Source of the DNA: Antedon mediterranea | Taxonomy: Eukaryota; Animalia; Echinodermata | DNA: 64,000 nucleotides | Reading direction: 5' to 3' | Assembly (NCBI RefSeq): GCF_964355755.1 | Contig: NC_092678.1 | Location: 20,353,365 to 20,417,364, forward strand | Shown here: piece by piece, positions 40,017-52,832 of the stretch | Layout: the number at the start of each line of letters is the position of its first letter | Numbering within the stretch: the stretch's first letter is position 1 | Position numbers and translations under genes: made by a program | Notes under the pieces: generated by a model | Database searches by the model: none | Seen by the model: the letters and a program-made list of their open reading frames with translations, nothing else | What the model was told of the DNA's origin: nothing

Positions 40017-40907
40017 ATGGATAATATAACCAGCTATGAAAATACAGTAGAGAATATCACTATAGATGTGATAACAATTGGAAGTGTATGGATAGTAATA
40101 ACAGTGTGGATAATTTTCAGTAATTCATTCGTTATTGCGGTCACTATTTGGAAAAAGCTGTACACTAACTTGGCAAAACGTATCCAGTTTAGTTTAAGTA
40201 TAGTTGATTTAATATCAGGAATAGTTGGAAGTTTGTGGATAACACAGAGACTTTCAGGCCCACTGAATGGATCCATGTTCCCATTTCTACTGGACCGTAC
40301 TTTGCTGTATTTGTTGTTCATATCACAATTACAGTTGTGTCTATTAGCAATTGAAAGATACGTAGCAATAGTCTATCCGTTTCGTCACTATCAGCTGATG
40401 ACGTCACGAGTTGTAAATATTGGAATTGCAGCTACGATTGCAATAGGAACGGGTATGTTTATACTAGGAGGATTCATTATAATTTGTACGAGTACGTCAG
40501 TTTTTCTTGTAATCCTTGATACAGCACGTCTTATAATTGTAGTGTTGATATGCGGCTTTAATATTATTGTTTATTTGAAAGCTAAAAAGCAACAACGGCA
40601 GATTGCCGCAATAGAAAATGCTGTAATCAGATCAAAACGCAAACAAGACCATAGAGCTACGAAGACAAGTATGATAATTGTAGGCACCTATTTTGTATGT
40701 ATCTTTCCATATTTGGTATATTTGTTGTCTTGCTCTTTATATGAAGTCATAAATGGTGATAAAACATGCGATGGAACAACATCAACTTCACTTTTAGTTG
40801 TTACCTATTTAAACTCTGGTATGAATCCTGTTGTGTATTCATTTAGGAATAAACAGTTTCTTAAATCGATTCGTTCTCTTTTTAATAGAAATACGTTTTA
40901 TCATTAA
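40017..40907 (+). CDS. Class A GPCR, 296 aa (subfamily D)
   Basis: Intact ORF with NSGMNPVVYSFRN. Confidence 0.92.
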   Translation: MDNITSYENTVENITIDVITIGSVWIVITVWIIFSNSFVIAVTIWKKLYTNLAKRIQFSLSIVDLISGIVGSLWITQRLSGPLNGSMFPFLLDRTLLYLLFISQLQLCLLAIERYVAIVYPFRHYQLMTSRVVNIGIAATIAIGTGMFILGGFIIICTSTSVFLVILDTARLIIVVLICGFNIIVYLKAKKQQRQIAAIENAVIRSKRKQDHRATKTSMIIVGTYFVCIFPYLVYLLSCSLYEVINGDKTCDGTTSTSLLVVTYLNSGMNPVVYSFRNKQFLKSIRSLFNRNTFYH

Positions 40908-41389
40908 AAGACGGAATGGATTTATGGACACACACTAAAGTAAAAACAAACAGACTTCAGCGTCAAGAAATGTGACCAATTACGACATGATGTATAATCC
41001 GAACTGTCGCTTGCCATTGGTCAACTCACTTTTTCTATTAAACAAGTTAAACAGTTAACAATAAAAATAAACCTAATAATATCTAGTGTTACGGTTAACA
41101 CTTTATACGTTAAATTATTGTTATATCATAATTCAATCACTGAATCAGTAACAGGTCAATGTGTACATGAAAGACGATATCACATTGTGTTTAATACAAT
41201 TTAGTACTTTTAACAAAAGTTACTGTTTTGGCATCTGTTGTGAAGGTAATTCATTTATTATATTATACGGTAAACAATAGTGTGTAAAAGTATAAATCTC
41301 TTTCTTGTTTTAGTATCTCATAGGACGTAAATTTACTCTCCAGTTCTTTGCATCAGTATTGTTGTGAGTCACTGCCGTTGTTTTCTTTG

Positions 41390-41917
41390 TTTCTGAAGGT
41401 AGAATACTTATAATAATTGATCGAATTATCTTATTTATCCTGATTTCAAGTGGTAGTTTTACTTCTGTGATGTTGAACTTTAACTGACCTCTATAACCTT
41501 TCTGAAGATTGAATACTTATCATAATATAGGTCGAATTAACTTCTTTATTTCCAGTTCAAGTTTTCTTCTGTGGTATTGAACTTTAACTGACCTCTATAA
41601 CCTTTCTGAAGATTGAATACTTATCATAATATTGGTCGAATTATTATCCTTATTTCCAGTGCAAGTTTCCTTCCGTGATATTGAACTTTAAACTTTAACT
41701 GACCTCTAAAACCTTTCTGAAGATTAAATACATATCATAATATTGGTCAAATTAACAATCCTTATTTTCAATGCAAGTTTCCTTCCGTGATGTTGAACGT
41801 TGAACCTTAACTGACCTCTATAACCTTTCTGAAGATTGAATACTTATCATTGGTTGAATTTTAACATCCTTATTTCCAGTGCAAGTTTTACTTCTGTGAT
41901 GTTGAACTTTGACCTCT
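41390..41917. repeat. ~105-bp tandem repeat (~5 copies)
   Basis: Unit ttgaactttaactgacctctataacctttctgaagattgaatacttatcataatattggtcgaattaac...caagtttccttc.gtgat. Also at ~46460-46693 (~2 copies), ~51880-52410 (~5) and ~55385-55922 (~5). Confidence 0.9.
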
Positions 41918-42074
41918 AATCAGGTAATGTATTACTCGTTTCATTGGGTCGTCTGCTTTCTGTCTGTTGTTTCGCACACTCTGTTCTCGAGTACGTCATT
42001 CTCTTCTCTGTCAAGTTAGATTGATATCAACATTCCATACAGAGCGATTTAACTTTCGTTTTACCGACGCTAAA

Positions 42075-42368
42075 ATGAATAACATAACATGAAGAAGAAA
42101 ATAAAATTGTTAGAAATATAGTATTACTTACTGTATGGCTCATGATATCATTGTGGATAATTGTCAGTAATTCATTCGTTATTGCGGTCGTCACTATTTT
42201 GGAAAAACTTTACACTAATTTGGCAAAACGTATCCAGTTCAATTTAAGTATAGTTGATTAAATATCTGGAATAAGTCGTAGTATATTGTCAATGTTTAGA
42301 GTTTTAATGTAAAGATCAATAGTTGAAGACATTTTGACACTATTTTTCGGTGTCTTGTCTTCATATCA
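42075..42368 (+). pseudogene. Truncated subfamily C GPCR pseudogene
   Basis: Homologous to the 5' part of 56018, with early frameshift and stops. Ends at tcatatcaa. Confidence 0.85.
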
Positions 42369-42523
42369 ATTCAATTCAAGAAACATTTATAGACCAAAAA
42401 TATTATATTATAACAATGGTTGGCATATAATATATATAGTCGAAAGACTACAAAAGGCCCAATGGGCCTGTCGCTGTAGTACCTCATACATTATACAAAT
42501 AACAATAATTATACAACACTTAA
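42366..42523 (-). mobile_element. Probable 3' tail fragment of a non-LTR retroelement (also at ~49444-49593 and ~52830-52989)
   Basis: The minus strand ends in an aataaa-like signal plus (ttgaa)n. It replaces the 3' two-thirds of the GPCR. Confidence 0.5.
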
Positions 42524-42712
42524 TTTAGGTCGAGAAGCTAAGGCCATTTAACATGGCATTTCTCCGACTTTTGGACGCAGAGTAGAACAGTTACAGACGG
42601 CGTGCATAAATGCCAAATACACGTGATGAGTAATTAACCAATCAAATTTGTTATTGCTGTCACTCTTGTACTATCTGTTACATAATTTATTGTACTCACA
42701 TTCTATTCATTA

Positions 42713-42762
42713 TTAGGTTATATGCATGATATGCATATAACCTCTTGATTCTGTCAAAATCT

Positions 42763-42845
<83 letters not shown>

Positions 42846-44252
42846 TTCTTTCCTTAGCACTATTTGTCCGTGAATTATCTTGGCATCAGTTTCATCTATC
42901 TAAGTCAATTTTTCAGAGTTTATTCCTTATGGCCAGGAATCGATGTGGTTATGTTTTCACGATGCGCAATCAAAAATTACGCGGTCTACGCGCGATTTAA
43001 CGAAATCACGTTTGTAATCATATCTTCACAAACATGAATCACTTTTAAACAAAATTTGGTACTCATAAATTTCAGGTCATATTTCATCATATGGCAATAC
43101 AATTACGTGCGTAGCGCATATAACGCATGCGTACGCGCGCTTAAAATGTTCAAAATTGTCAGAATTTATTTTCGATGAAATTAGAGTACGTTTCAGGCAA
43201 TTTTAAGCGTTTAAAAAATTGCCATGAGTGCGCAAATTTTTGCACGCGCACTGCGCGTCAAACGTTAATGCGCACTGTTTGTGTCCGATTACTGTTGTAT
43301 AACCTTTCTTTAATAATATCATCATATTTTATTCACTTTTCAACGCGAAACAGCGTTATACGAGCACGTCAAAAGTGACGGGCTACGCACGTGTAAGTTA
43401 ACAAAATGGTGAAAATATGCTAAATTTTAAAATTAATATATATCGTTAGAATGCTCGGGAACACCTATTTTTTATTTAATTTTCTTGAAGTGTATGTATC
43501 ATATGTATGATTTATTATGAAATTAGAAGAACAAAAGTTGATTAAGTCATCATTAATGGCATATTAAATTTAACAAAATTAATTTCGACAATCAAACAAA
43601 TTATAACATTTTCTTAGGCCAAAATAACAAACTTAACGTTAACTTTCTTCCTTAAGAAGTTCATATATTAAAGTTAAAAGTATATAGTTTGACAGTGCAT
43701 CATTTTTTTTAATTTTTAAAGATGTCATCATAGTAAAACATTATAATTCATTGCGGTATGTAATAATCTATCTGCACCAAAGTGGTTACTGCATAGTAAA
43801 TACACGGAGGAATCTTTCCATAACTTTTAGTCAGTTGTGTATGGCTCGGTGGTCTTTGCTCGTGTCTATAGCATTCAAGTACCGAGATCGAGTCTCACCT
43901 TGGGAAACGAAACAAAATAAGTTTTTTTTTATTATCCGTATTGTTTGTTCAAATTTATTTCTTAGTGTATAGATTATACACATGATTTATAATGAAATCT
44001 AGATAAAAATTAACTTATGTCTTTATTATTATGTAACAACAAATGTGGTTTATGACATTATACGCATATGGATCTTTGATCGGATTGTGATACCGGCTAT
44101 GGTGTTCGCGTTAGCAAGGTCCTATCATATATTATAAATAATTAAAGATTCTGAGAAAATCAATCAATCAATATATATTTTAAAAATCAATTATCTTTAT
44201 TTAAATCAATGCATATAACCTATAATTCGTCATAGTGACGAATTAAATCTAG
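42713..44252 (+). mobile_element. Non-autonomous Helentron-associated (HINE/DINE-1-like) element
   Basis: Absent from paralogous sites (~49775, ~53170). Sub-TIRs aggttatatgcat / atgcatataacct, an internal partial inverted repeat, (TTTA)n at 42772-42846, 3' hairpin taattcgtcatagtgacgaatta and terminal CTAG. No TSD. Confidence 0.85.
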
Positions 44253-44969
44253 TTATATTATTTATTTTTATATTAATAGATTGAAATATTATTAGTGAAT
44301 TATGCTTATTGAAATATAATATTCCTCACAGTTAGCAATTGATTTTAATAAAATCATAGTATTGTTAGCTTCAGCTACGTTTTTTGTATCTTTTGTAATT
44401 ATTTTGTCTGGCAGAAGTTAGGCAATATCGGTCTATGTCAATTATAACATTGTAGATATCTCAATTAAAGCAATAGTGTATATCACCAATGTCAACAACA
44501 AGTCAGTGACTATCAAATGTCCTAAAAGACGGTTACTTCAGAAGAAGAAAAATAACCATTGGTGTCGAAACGTTATTCTTTGTTGTCTCCATGTTGAACA
44601 TTGTAGTGTATAGTTCTACACTTCATTTCTCACCATTGTAGGCCAACTATCAATTTCTTTTTGAAATCGGTCGGTGACGTTAGCAGAGCAACAACAAATT
44701 CGTACGTTTTATTTGTGTAAACCCGGAGTTGATACAGTAAAAACACCAATTATCATATTCATTGCAACCACTATGAATTTGTATTCATGTGAACTTGAAG
44801 TGTACTCTCAACAGTAATTCCGTAGACATGTTGCCGGAGGGGTCCTTATGGTGGTGAATTGAGCAGTACACTACAGTGTATGTCGGTGCTCTCTAAGAAT
44901 TAATGCATTCTCGTTCTCTGCCATTTTAGTTTGATTTCAACACACTAACCAAACTATTAAACATTAGCA

Positions 44970-45860
44970 ATGGATAATATAACTAGCTATGAAAATAAAG
45001 TTGAGTATTTTACTATAGATGTGATAACAATTGGAAGTGTATGGATAGTAATAACAGTGTGGATAATTGTCACAAATGCATTCGTTATTGCGGTCACAAT
45101 TTGGAAAAAGCTTTACACTAACTTAGGAAAACGTATCCAGTTCAGTTTAAGCATAATCGATTTAATATCAGGAATATTTGGCAGTGTGTGGATAACGCAG
45201 AGAATGTTAGGCCTACTGAATGGATCCCTGTTCCCATTCCTACTGGACGGTACTTTGCTGTATTTGGTGTTCATATCACAATTACAGTTGTGTCTATTAG
45301 CAATCGAAAGATACGTAGCAATAGTGTATCCGTTTCGTCATCGTCAACTTATGACTCCGCGCGTTGTAAATATTGGAATAGCAGCTACGATTGCAACAGG
45401 AACGATAATTTTCATACTAGGAGGATCCATTACAATTAATATCAGTACGTCGGTTTTTTTGCTAATCCTCGATACATCACGTCTTATAATTCTGGTGTTG
45501 ATATGCGGCTTTAATATTATTGTTTATTTGAAAGCTAAAAAGCAACAACGGCAGATTGCCGCAATAGAAAATGCTGTAATCAGATCAAAACGCAAACAAG
45601 ACCATAGAGCTACGAAAACAAGTATGATAATTGTAGGCACCTATTTTGTATGTATCTTTCCATATTTGGTATATTTGTTGTCTTGCTCTATATCTGAAGT
45701 CATATATGGTGATATAACATGCGATGTGACAACATCAATTGCACTTTTGGTAGTTACCTATTTAAACTCTGGTATGAATCCTGTTGTGTATTCATTTAGG
45801 AATAAACAGTTTCTTAAATCGATTCGTTCTCTTTTGAATAGAAATACATTTCATCATTAA
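44970..45860 (+). CDS. Class A GPCR, 296 aa (subfamily D)
   Basis: Intact ORF. Confidence 0.92.
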   Translation: MDNITSYENKVEYFTIDVITIGSVWIVITVWIIVTNAFVIAVTIWKKLYTNLGKRIQFSLSIIDLISGIFGSVWITQRMLGLLNGSLFPFLLDGTLLYLVFISQLQLCLLAIERYVAIVYPFRHRQLMTPRVVNIGIAATIATGTIIFILGGSITINISTSVFLLILDTSRLIILVLICGFNIIVYLKAKKQQRQIAAIENAVIRSKRKQDHRATKTSMIIVGTYFVCIFPYLVYLLSCSISEVIYGDITCDVTTSIALLVVTYLNSGMNPVVYSFRNKQFLKSIRSLLNRNTFHH

Positions 45861-46849
45861 AAGACGGAATGGATTTAGGGACACACACTAAAGTCAAAAC
45901 AAACAGCAATGACCAAAAAATGGAACTCTCAAAGTTAACTTCTAAAATATCTTCGTACAACCACATTTTAATGAAACTCGGAAAACTATAATATTTCACT
46001 CGCTGTATATAGTAATATGGAAGAATATTTAACTAAATGTGATCAATTACGACATGGTATAATCCGAACTGTCGCTTGCCATTGTTCAACTCACTTTTTC
46101 TATTAAACAAGTTAAACAGTTAACAATAAAATTAAACCTAATAATTTCTAGTGTTACGGTTTAAACATATACGTTAGATTATTGTTTTTTTTTCATAATT
46201 CAATCACTGAATCAGTAACAGGTCAATGTGTACATGAAAGACGATATCACATTGTGTTTAATACAATTTAGTACTTTTAACAAAAGTTACTGTTTTGGCA
46301 TCTGTTGTGAAGGTAATTCATTTATTATATTATACGGTAAACAATAATGTGTAAAAGTATACATCTCTTTATGGTTTTAGTATCTCATAGGACGTTTTAC
46401 TCTCCAGTTCTTTTCATCAGTATTGTTGTGAGTCACTGCCGTTGTTTTCTTTGTTTCTGAAGGTAGAATAACTGACCTCTAAAACCTTTCTAAAGATTAA
46501 ATACATATCATAATATTGGTCAAATTAACAATCCTTATTTTCAATGCAAGTTTCCTTCCGTGATGTTGAACTTTGAACTTTAACTGACCTCTATAACCTT
46601 TCTGAAGATTGAATACTTATCATTTTGGTTGAATTTTAACATCCTTATTTCTAGTGCAAGTTTTAGTTCTGTGATGTTGAACTTTGACCTCTAACCAGGT
46701 AATGTCTTACTCGTTTCATTGGGTCCTCTGCTTTCTGTCTGTTGTTTCACACACTCTGTTCTCGAGTACGTCATTCTCTTCTCTGTCAAGTTAGATTGAT
46801 ATCAACATTCCATACAGAGCGATTTAACTTTCGTTTTACCGACGCTAAA

Positions 46850-47143
46850 ATGAATGACATAACATGAAGAAGTAAATAAAACTGTTAGAAATATAGTATT
46901 ACTTACTGTATGGCTCATGATATCATTGTGGATAATTGTCAGTAATTCATTCTTTATTGCGGTCGTCACAATTTTGGAAAAACTTTACACTAATTTGGCA
47001 AAACTTATCCAGTTCAATTTAAGTATAGTTGATTAAATATCTGGAATAAGTCGTAGTATATTGTCAATGTTTATAGTTGTAATAGAAAGATCAATAGTTG
47101 AAGCAATTTTGACACTATTTTTCGGTGTCTTGTCTTCATATCA
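46850..47143 (+). pseudogene. Truncated subfamily C GPCR pseudogene (copy of 42075)
   Basis: Same lesions and same end point as 42075. Confidence 0.85.
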
Positions 47144-47154
47144 ATTCAATTCAA

Positions 47155-49443
47155 AAGCGACCATATGGTGTTACAATTTTCATTGGATCTTGTAAGAGAT
47201 GACAGAATTGAACCAAATATTCGAAGTTACAGGCATGGTAACTATGATTTGCTGCGCGAGAAAATTGGTTTGGTAGATTGGGATGTGGTTTTCAATGACA
47301 AATCAGGTATTCAATCGTGGGACGAATTCGAGCATATTCTTGTGAAGAATATTGATGAGTGTATCCCGATGAGGAAGGTTTGCCACGGAAGAAAACCTCT
47401 TTGGATGAACAAAAAAATTGAAAAGCAGATTGCCAAAAAGAATAAATGTTGGAAACAGTATGTAAAGGCCAAGAGAAAACAAAAAGTATGTGTGTCAGCA
47501 AAATGGTCGAAGTTTGTCCAAGTAAGAAATCAAACAGTAGATCTGATTCGATGTAGTAAATCTGACTTCGAAAATAAAATAGCAATTGAGATCAAATCTA
47601 ATGAAAAGTCTTTTTGGAGGTATCTCAGTTCTCAGATCAATATAAAGTCTGGTATACCCAACTTAACTGATAGTAATGGAAGGCATGTGTCTGATGACAA
47701 GGATAAGGCTGAGTTGCTAAACACGTTTTTTAGTAGTATATTTGTCGATGAAAATTTTTCGAATGTACCGGCTATTGATGACATTTCAGAGGATTTTTTA
47801 TCTCATGTTGACTTTCCTTGTGACGAAATCTTAAATATTTTATCAACGTTGAATATTACTAAAACAGCTGGACCTGATGGTATTCACCCACGCATCTTAG
47901 TCGAACTAAAGGATATCATTTGCTATCCCCTCCATATTATTTTTACGAAATTGTTTCAAGAAGGAGCCGTCCCTAATAGTTGGAAACGGGCTACAGTGGT
48001 ACCGATTTTTAAAAAAGGAGTGAAGTCTGACCCAAGCAACTATAGACCTGTGAGTTTAACTTCGGTAGTTGGTAAAATTATGGAGAGAATTATCAGGAAG
48101 GAATTATTGGACTTTCTTGAACATCACTCACTTATTTGTTATGAGCAATTTGGTTTCCGGCAAGGTCGTTCCTGTGCTTTACAATTACTTGATGTTCTTG
48201 AAAACTGGTTTTCTTATTTTGATAATCAGGATTGTTTTGATTGTATCTACCTTGACTACAAGAAGGCTTTCGATAGTGTGCCTCATCATAGACTCCTTCT
48301 GAAAATGAGTGCATTGGGTATTAGAGGTAAACTTCTAAACTGGTTTCAAGAATTTCTTAACGATAGACAACAACGGGTTAGTGTCAATGGATGTGTTTCA
48401 GATTGGGCTGATGTTCGTAGTGGTATCCCGCAAGGAAGCGTCGTTGGACCTGTTCTTTTCATTATGTTTATAAATGATTTACCTTCTGTTATTTCCTCCT
48501 CTGTACGCATGTTTGCAGATGATACTAAATTGTATAGAGTAGTTAACACTGTGAATGATGCTCAAGTTCTACAAGAAGATTTAGAGAAAGCATGTGACTG
48601 GTCTGACAAATGGCAATTACCTTTTAACGAGGGTAAGTGCAAAGTAATGCACTTTGGGAAGAAAAACAACAAACATCTGTATGCCATGCGTGGTTTCTCA
48701 TTGAATGAAGTTGATCATGAAAAAGACCTCGGTGTTACTATTGACTCTAAACTTGTTTTTAATGTACATGTGGCAGATGTAGCAATGAGAGCAAATCGGA
48801 AGTTGGGCATGGTATATCGAGCTTTCAAGTTTTTAAATATGGATGGGTTTCTTCGTTTATATAAAGCTATTATTCGTCCGACCTTGGAATACTGCAACGT
48901 TGTTTTTAACTCGCTACATTGTAAGGAGGAAGACCTATTGGAAAAAGTCCAAGAACGTGCCACCAAGCTTATTTTTTCCATTCGTCATTTACCTTATTCA
49001 GAAAGGCTGAAAATTCTCAACCTACCTACTCTCGCATACAGAAGGCAAAGAGCTCATTTGATACAGATTTTTAAAATTTTACATGGAGTGGATAGTATTT
49101 CTGCTGATTCTTTTTTTGAGCGTGATGAAGATGTTAGAACACGTGGTCATTCTTTTAAATTAAAATTTAAGATCTCACGCACAAATTGGATGAGGGACTC
49201 ATTTGGTCGAAAAGCTATTATATTATGGAATTCGTTATCGGAGGATGTAGTAGCTTCAAGATCAACCAATCAATTTAAGTCCGGTCTTAAACGGGCATGG
49301 TCCAACCACCCTCTTAAATTTGCGCCATATTCAAGAGTTGATGTAATTATCAAGAGGGGCTTATAGGCATAGCATAGCCTCGACTCCGGACCCAGCATTG
49401 CTGAGCTCCGGAAACAAGTAAACAAGTAAGTAAACAAGTAAGT
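47155..49443 (+). mobile_element. 5'-truncated CR1-clade LINE
   Basis: 7-bp TSD aattcaa (47148-47154, 49444-49450) and a 3' (aaac)aagt repeat tail. Empty sites at ~42370 and ~52835. Confidence 0.92.
47165..49366 (+). CDS. LINE ORF2 remnant: reverse transcriptase, open for 733 codons, endonuclease lost
   Basis: AGPDGIHPRIL, NYRPVSLTS, QFGFR, DYKKAFDSVPH, GIPQGSVVGP, FADDTK, RTRGH. Begins just after the endonuclease-terminal SDH codons. Confidence 0.9.
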   Translation: MVLQFSLDLVRDDRIEPNIRSYRHGNYDLLREKIGLVDWDVVFNDKSGIQSWDEFEHILVKNIDECIPMRKVCHGRKPLWMNKKIEKQIAKKNKCWKQYVKAKRKQKVCVSAKWSKFVQVRNQTVDLIRCSKSDFENKIAIEIKSNEKSFWRYLSSQINIKSGIPNLTDSNGRHVSDDKDKAELLNTFFSSIFVDENFSNVPAIDDISEDFLSHVDFPCDEILNILSTLNITKTAGPDGIHPRILVELKDIICYPLHIIFTKLFQEGAVPNSWKRATVVPIFKKGVKSDPSNYRPVSLTSVVGKIMERIIRKELLDFLEHHSLICYEQFGFRQGRSCALQLLDVLENWFSYFDNQDCFDCIYLDYKKAFDSVPHHRLLLKMSALGIRGKLLNWFQEFLNDRQQRVSVNGCVSDWADVRSGIPQGSVVGPVLFIMFINDLPSVISSSVRMFADDTKLYRVVNTVNDAQVLQEDLEKACDWSDKWQLPFNEGKCKVMHFGKKNNKHLYAMRGFSLNEVDHEKDLGVTIDSKLVFNVHVADVAMRANRKLGMVYRAFKFLNMDGFLRLYKAIIRPTLEYCNVVFNSLHCKEEDLLEKVQERATKLIFSIRHLPYSERLKILNLPTLAYRRQRAHLIQIFKILHGVDSISADSFFERDEDVRTRGHSFKLKFKISRTNWMRDSFGRKAIILWNSLSEDVVASRSTNQFKSGLKRAWSNHPLKFAPYSRVDVIIKRGL

Positions 49444-50502
49444 AATTCAAGAAACATTTATTGACCAAAAATATTATATTATAACAATGGTTGGCATATA
49501 ATATATATAGTCGAAAGACTACAAAAGGCCCAATGGGCCTGTCGCTGTAGTACCTCATACATTATACAAATAACAATAATTATACAACACTTAATTTAGG
49601 TCGAGAAGCTAAGGCCATTTAACATGGCATTTCTCCGACTTTTGGACGCAGAGTAGAACAGTTACAGACGGCGTGCATAAATGCCAAATGACACGTGATG
49701 AGTAATTAACCAATCAAATTTGTTATTGCTGTCACTCTTGTACTATCTGTTACTTAATTTATTGTACTCACATTCTATTCATTATTATATTATTTATTTT
49801 TATATTAATAGATTGAAATATTATTAATGAATTATGCTTATTGAAATATAATATTCCTCACAGTTAGCAATTGATTTTAATAAAATCATAGTATTGTTAG
49901 CTTCAGCTACGTTTTTTGTATCTTTTGTAATTATTTTGTCTGGCAGAAGTTAGGCAATATCGGTCTATGTCAATTATAACATTGTAGATATCTCAATTAA
50001 AGCAATAGTGTATATCACCAATGTCAACAACAAGTCAGTGACTATCAAATGTCTTAAAAGACGGTTACTTCAGAAGAAGAAAAATAACCATTGGTGTCGA
50101 AACGTTATTCTTTGTTGTCTCCATGTTGAACATTGTACTGTATAGTTCTACACTTCATTTCTCACCATTGTAGGCCAACTATCAATTTCTTTTTTAAATC
50201 GGTCGGTGACGTTAGCAGCAGCAACAAAAAATTCGTACGTTTTATTTGTGTAAACCCGGAGTTGATACAGTAAAAACACCAATTATCATATTCATTGCAA
50301 CCACTATGAATGTGTATTCATGTGAACTTGAAGTGTACTCTCAACAGTAATTCCGTAGACATATTGCCGGAGGGGTCCTTATGGTGGTGAATTGAGCAGT
50401 ACACTACAGTGTATGTCGGTGCTCTCTAAGAATTAATGCATTCTCGTTCTCTGCCATTTTAGTTTGATTTCAACACACTAACCAAACTATTAAACATTAG
50501 CA

Positions 50503-51393
50503 ATGGATAATATAACCAGCTATGAAAATAAAGTTGAGTATTTCACTATAGATGTGATAACAATTGGAAGTGTATGGATAGTAATAACAGTGTGGATAAT
50601 TGTCACAAATGCATTCGTTATTGCGGTCACAATTTGGAAAAAGCTTTACACTAACTTAGGAAAACGTATCCAGTTCAGTTTAAGCATAATCGATTTAATA
50701 TCAGGAATAGTTGGCAGTGTGTGGATAACACAGATACTTTCAGGCCTACTGGAGGGATCCATGTTCCAATTCCTACTGGACTGTACTTTGCTGTATTTGG
50801 TGTTCATATCACAATTACAGTTGTGTCTATTAGCAATCGAAAGATATGTAGCAATAGTCTATCCGTTTCGTCACCATCAGCTGATGACGTCACGAGTTGT
50901 AAATATTGGAATTGCAGCTACGATTGCAATAGGAACGGGTATGTTTATACTAGGAGGATTCATTATGATTTGTACGAGTACGTCAGTTTTTCTTATAATC
51001 CTTGATACAGTACGTCTTATAATTGTAGTGTTGATATGCGGCTTTAATATTATTGTTTATTTGAAAGCTAAAAAGCAACAACGGCAGATTGCCGCAATTG
51101 AAAATGCTGTAATCAGATCAAAACGCAAACAAGACCACAGAGCTATGAAGACAAGTATGATAATTGTAGGCACCTATTTTGTATGTATCTTTCCATATTT
51201 GGTATATTTGTTGTCTTGCTCTATATCTGAAGTCTTTTATGGTGATATAACATGCGATGGAACAACATCAATTGCACTTTTGGTCGTTACCTATTTAAAC
51301 TCCGGTATGAATCCTGTTGTTTATTCATTTAGGAATAAACAGTTTCTTAAATCGATTCGTTCTCTTTTGAATAAAAATACGTGTTATCATTAA
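50503..51393 (+). CDS. Class A GPCR, 296 aa (subfamily D, mosaic)
   Basis: Intact ORF. Confidence 0.92.
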   Translation: MDNITSYENKVEYFTIDVITIGSVWIVITVWIIVTNAFVIAVTIWKKLYTNLGKRIQFSLSIIDLISGIVGSVWITQILSGLLEGSMFQFLLDCTLLYLVFISQLQLCLLAIERYVAIVYPFRHHQLMTSRVVNIGIAATIAIGTGMFILGGFIMICTSTSVFLIILDTVRLIIVVLICGFNIIVYLKAKKQQRQIAAIENAVIRSKRKQDHRAMKTSMIIVGTYFVCIFPYLVYLLSCSISEVFYGDITCDGTTSIALLVVTYLNSGMNPVVYSFRNKQFLKSIRSLLNKNTCYH

Positions 51394-52568
51394 AAGACGG
51401 AATGGATTTATGGACACACACTAAAGTAAAAACAAACAGACTGTCAGCGTCAAGAAATGTGACCAATTACGACATGATGTATAATCCAAACTGTCGCTTG
51501 CCATTGGTCAACTCACTTTTTCTATTAAACAAGTTAAACGGTTTACAATAAAATTAAACCTAATAATATCTAGTGTTACGGTTTACAAATATACGTTAGA
51601 TTATTGTTTTATCATAATTCAATCACTGAATCAGTAACAGGTCAATGTGTACATGAAAGACGATATCACATTGTGTTTAATACAATTTAGTACTTTTAAC
51701 AAAAGTTACTGTTTTGGCATCTGTTGTGAAGGTAATTCATTTATTATATTATACGGTAAACAATAGTGTGTAAAAGTATACATCTCTTTCTGGTTTTAGT
51801 ATCTCATAGGACGTTTTACTCTCCAGTTCTTTGCATCAGTATTGTCGTGAGTCACTGCCGTTGTTTTATTTGTTTCTGAAGGTAGAATACTTATAATAAT
51901 TGATCGAATTAGCTTATTTATCCTGATTTCAAGTGAAAGTTTTACTTCTGTGATGTTGAACTTTAACTGACCTCTATAACCTTTCTGAAGATTGAATACT
52001 TATCATAATATAGGTCGAATTAACTTCCTTATTTCCAGTTCAAGTTTTCTTCTGTGGTATTGAACTTTGAACTTTAACTGACCTCTATAACCTTTCTGAA
52101 GATTGAATACTTATCATAATATTGGTCGAATTAATATCCTTATTTCCAGTGCAAGTTTCCTTCCGTGATATTGAACTTTGAACTTTAAATGACCTCTAAA
52201 ACCTTTCTGAAGATTAAATACATATCATAATATTGGTCAAATTAACAATCCTTATTTTCAATGCAAGTTTCCTTCCGTGACGTTGAACGTTGAACTTTAA
52301 CTGACCTCTATAACCTTTCTGAAGATTGAATACTTATCATTTTGGTTGAATTTTAACATCATTATTTCCATTGCAAGTTTTAGTTCTATGATGTTGAACT
52401 TTGACCTCTAACCAGGTAATGTCTTACTCGTTTCATTGGGTCGTCTGCTTTCTGTCTGTTGTTTCGCACACTCTGTTCTCGAGTACGTCATTCTCTTCTC
52501 TGTCAAGTTAGATTGATATCAACATTCCATACAGAGCGCGATATAACTTTCGTTTTACCGACGCTAAA

Positions 52569-52832
52569 ATGAATAACATAACATGAAGAAGTAAATAAAA
52601 CTGTTAGAAATATAGTATTACTTACTGTATGGCTCATGATATCATTGTGGATAATGGTTAGTAATTCATTCGTTATTGCGGTCGTCACTATTTTGGAAAA
52701 ACTTTACACTATTTTGGCAAAACGAAATATCTGGAATAAGTCGTAGTATATTGTGAATGTTTAGAGTTTTAATGGAAATATCAATAGTTGAAGACATTTT
52801 GACACTTTTTTTCTGTGTCTTGTCTTCATATC
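52569..52832 (+). pseudogene. Truncated subfamily C GPCR pseudogene (copy of 42075)
   Basis: Same lesions as 42075 plus an extra internal deletion after gcaaaacg. Confidence 0.85.
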
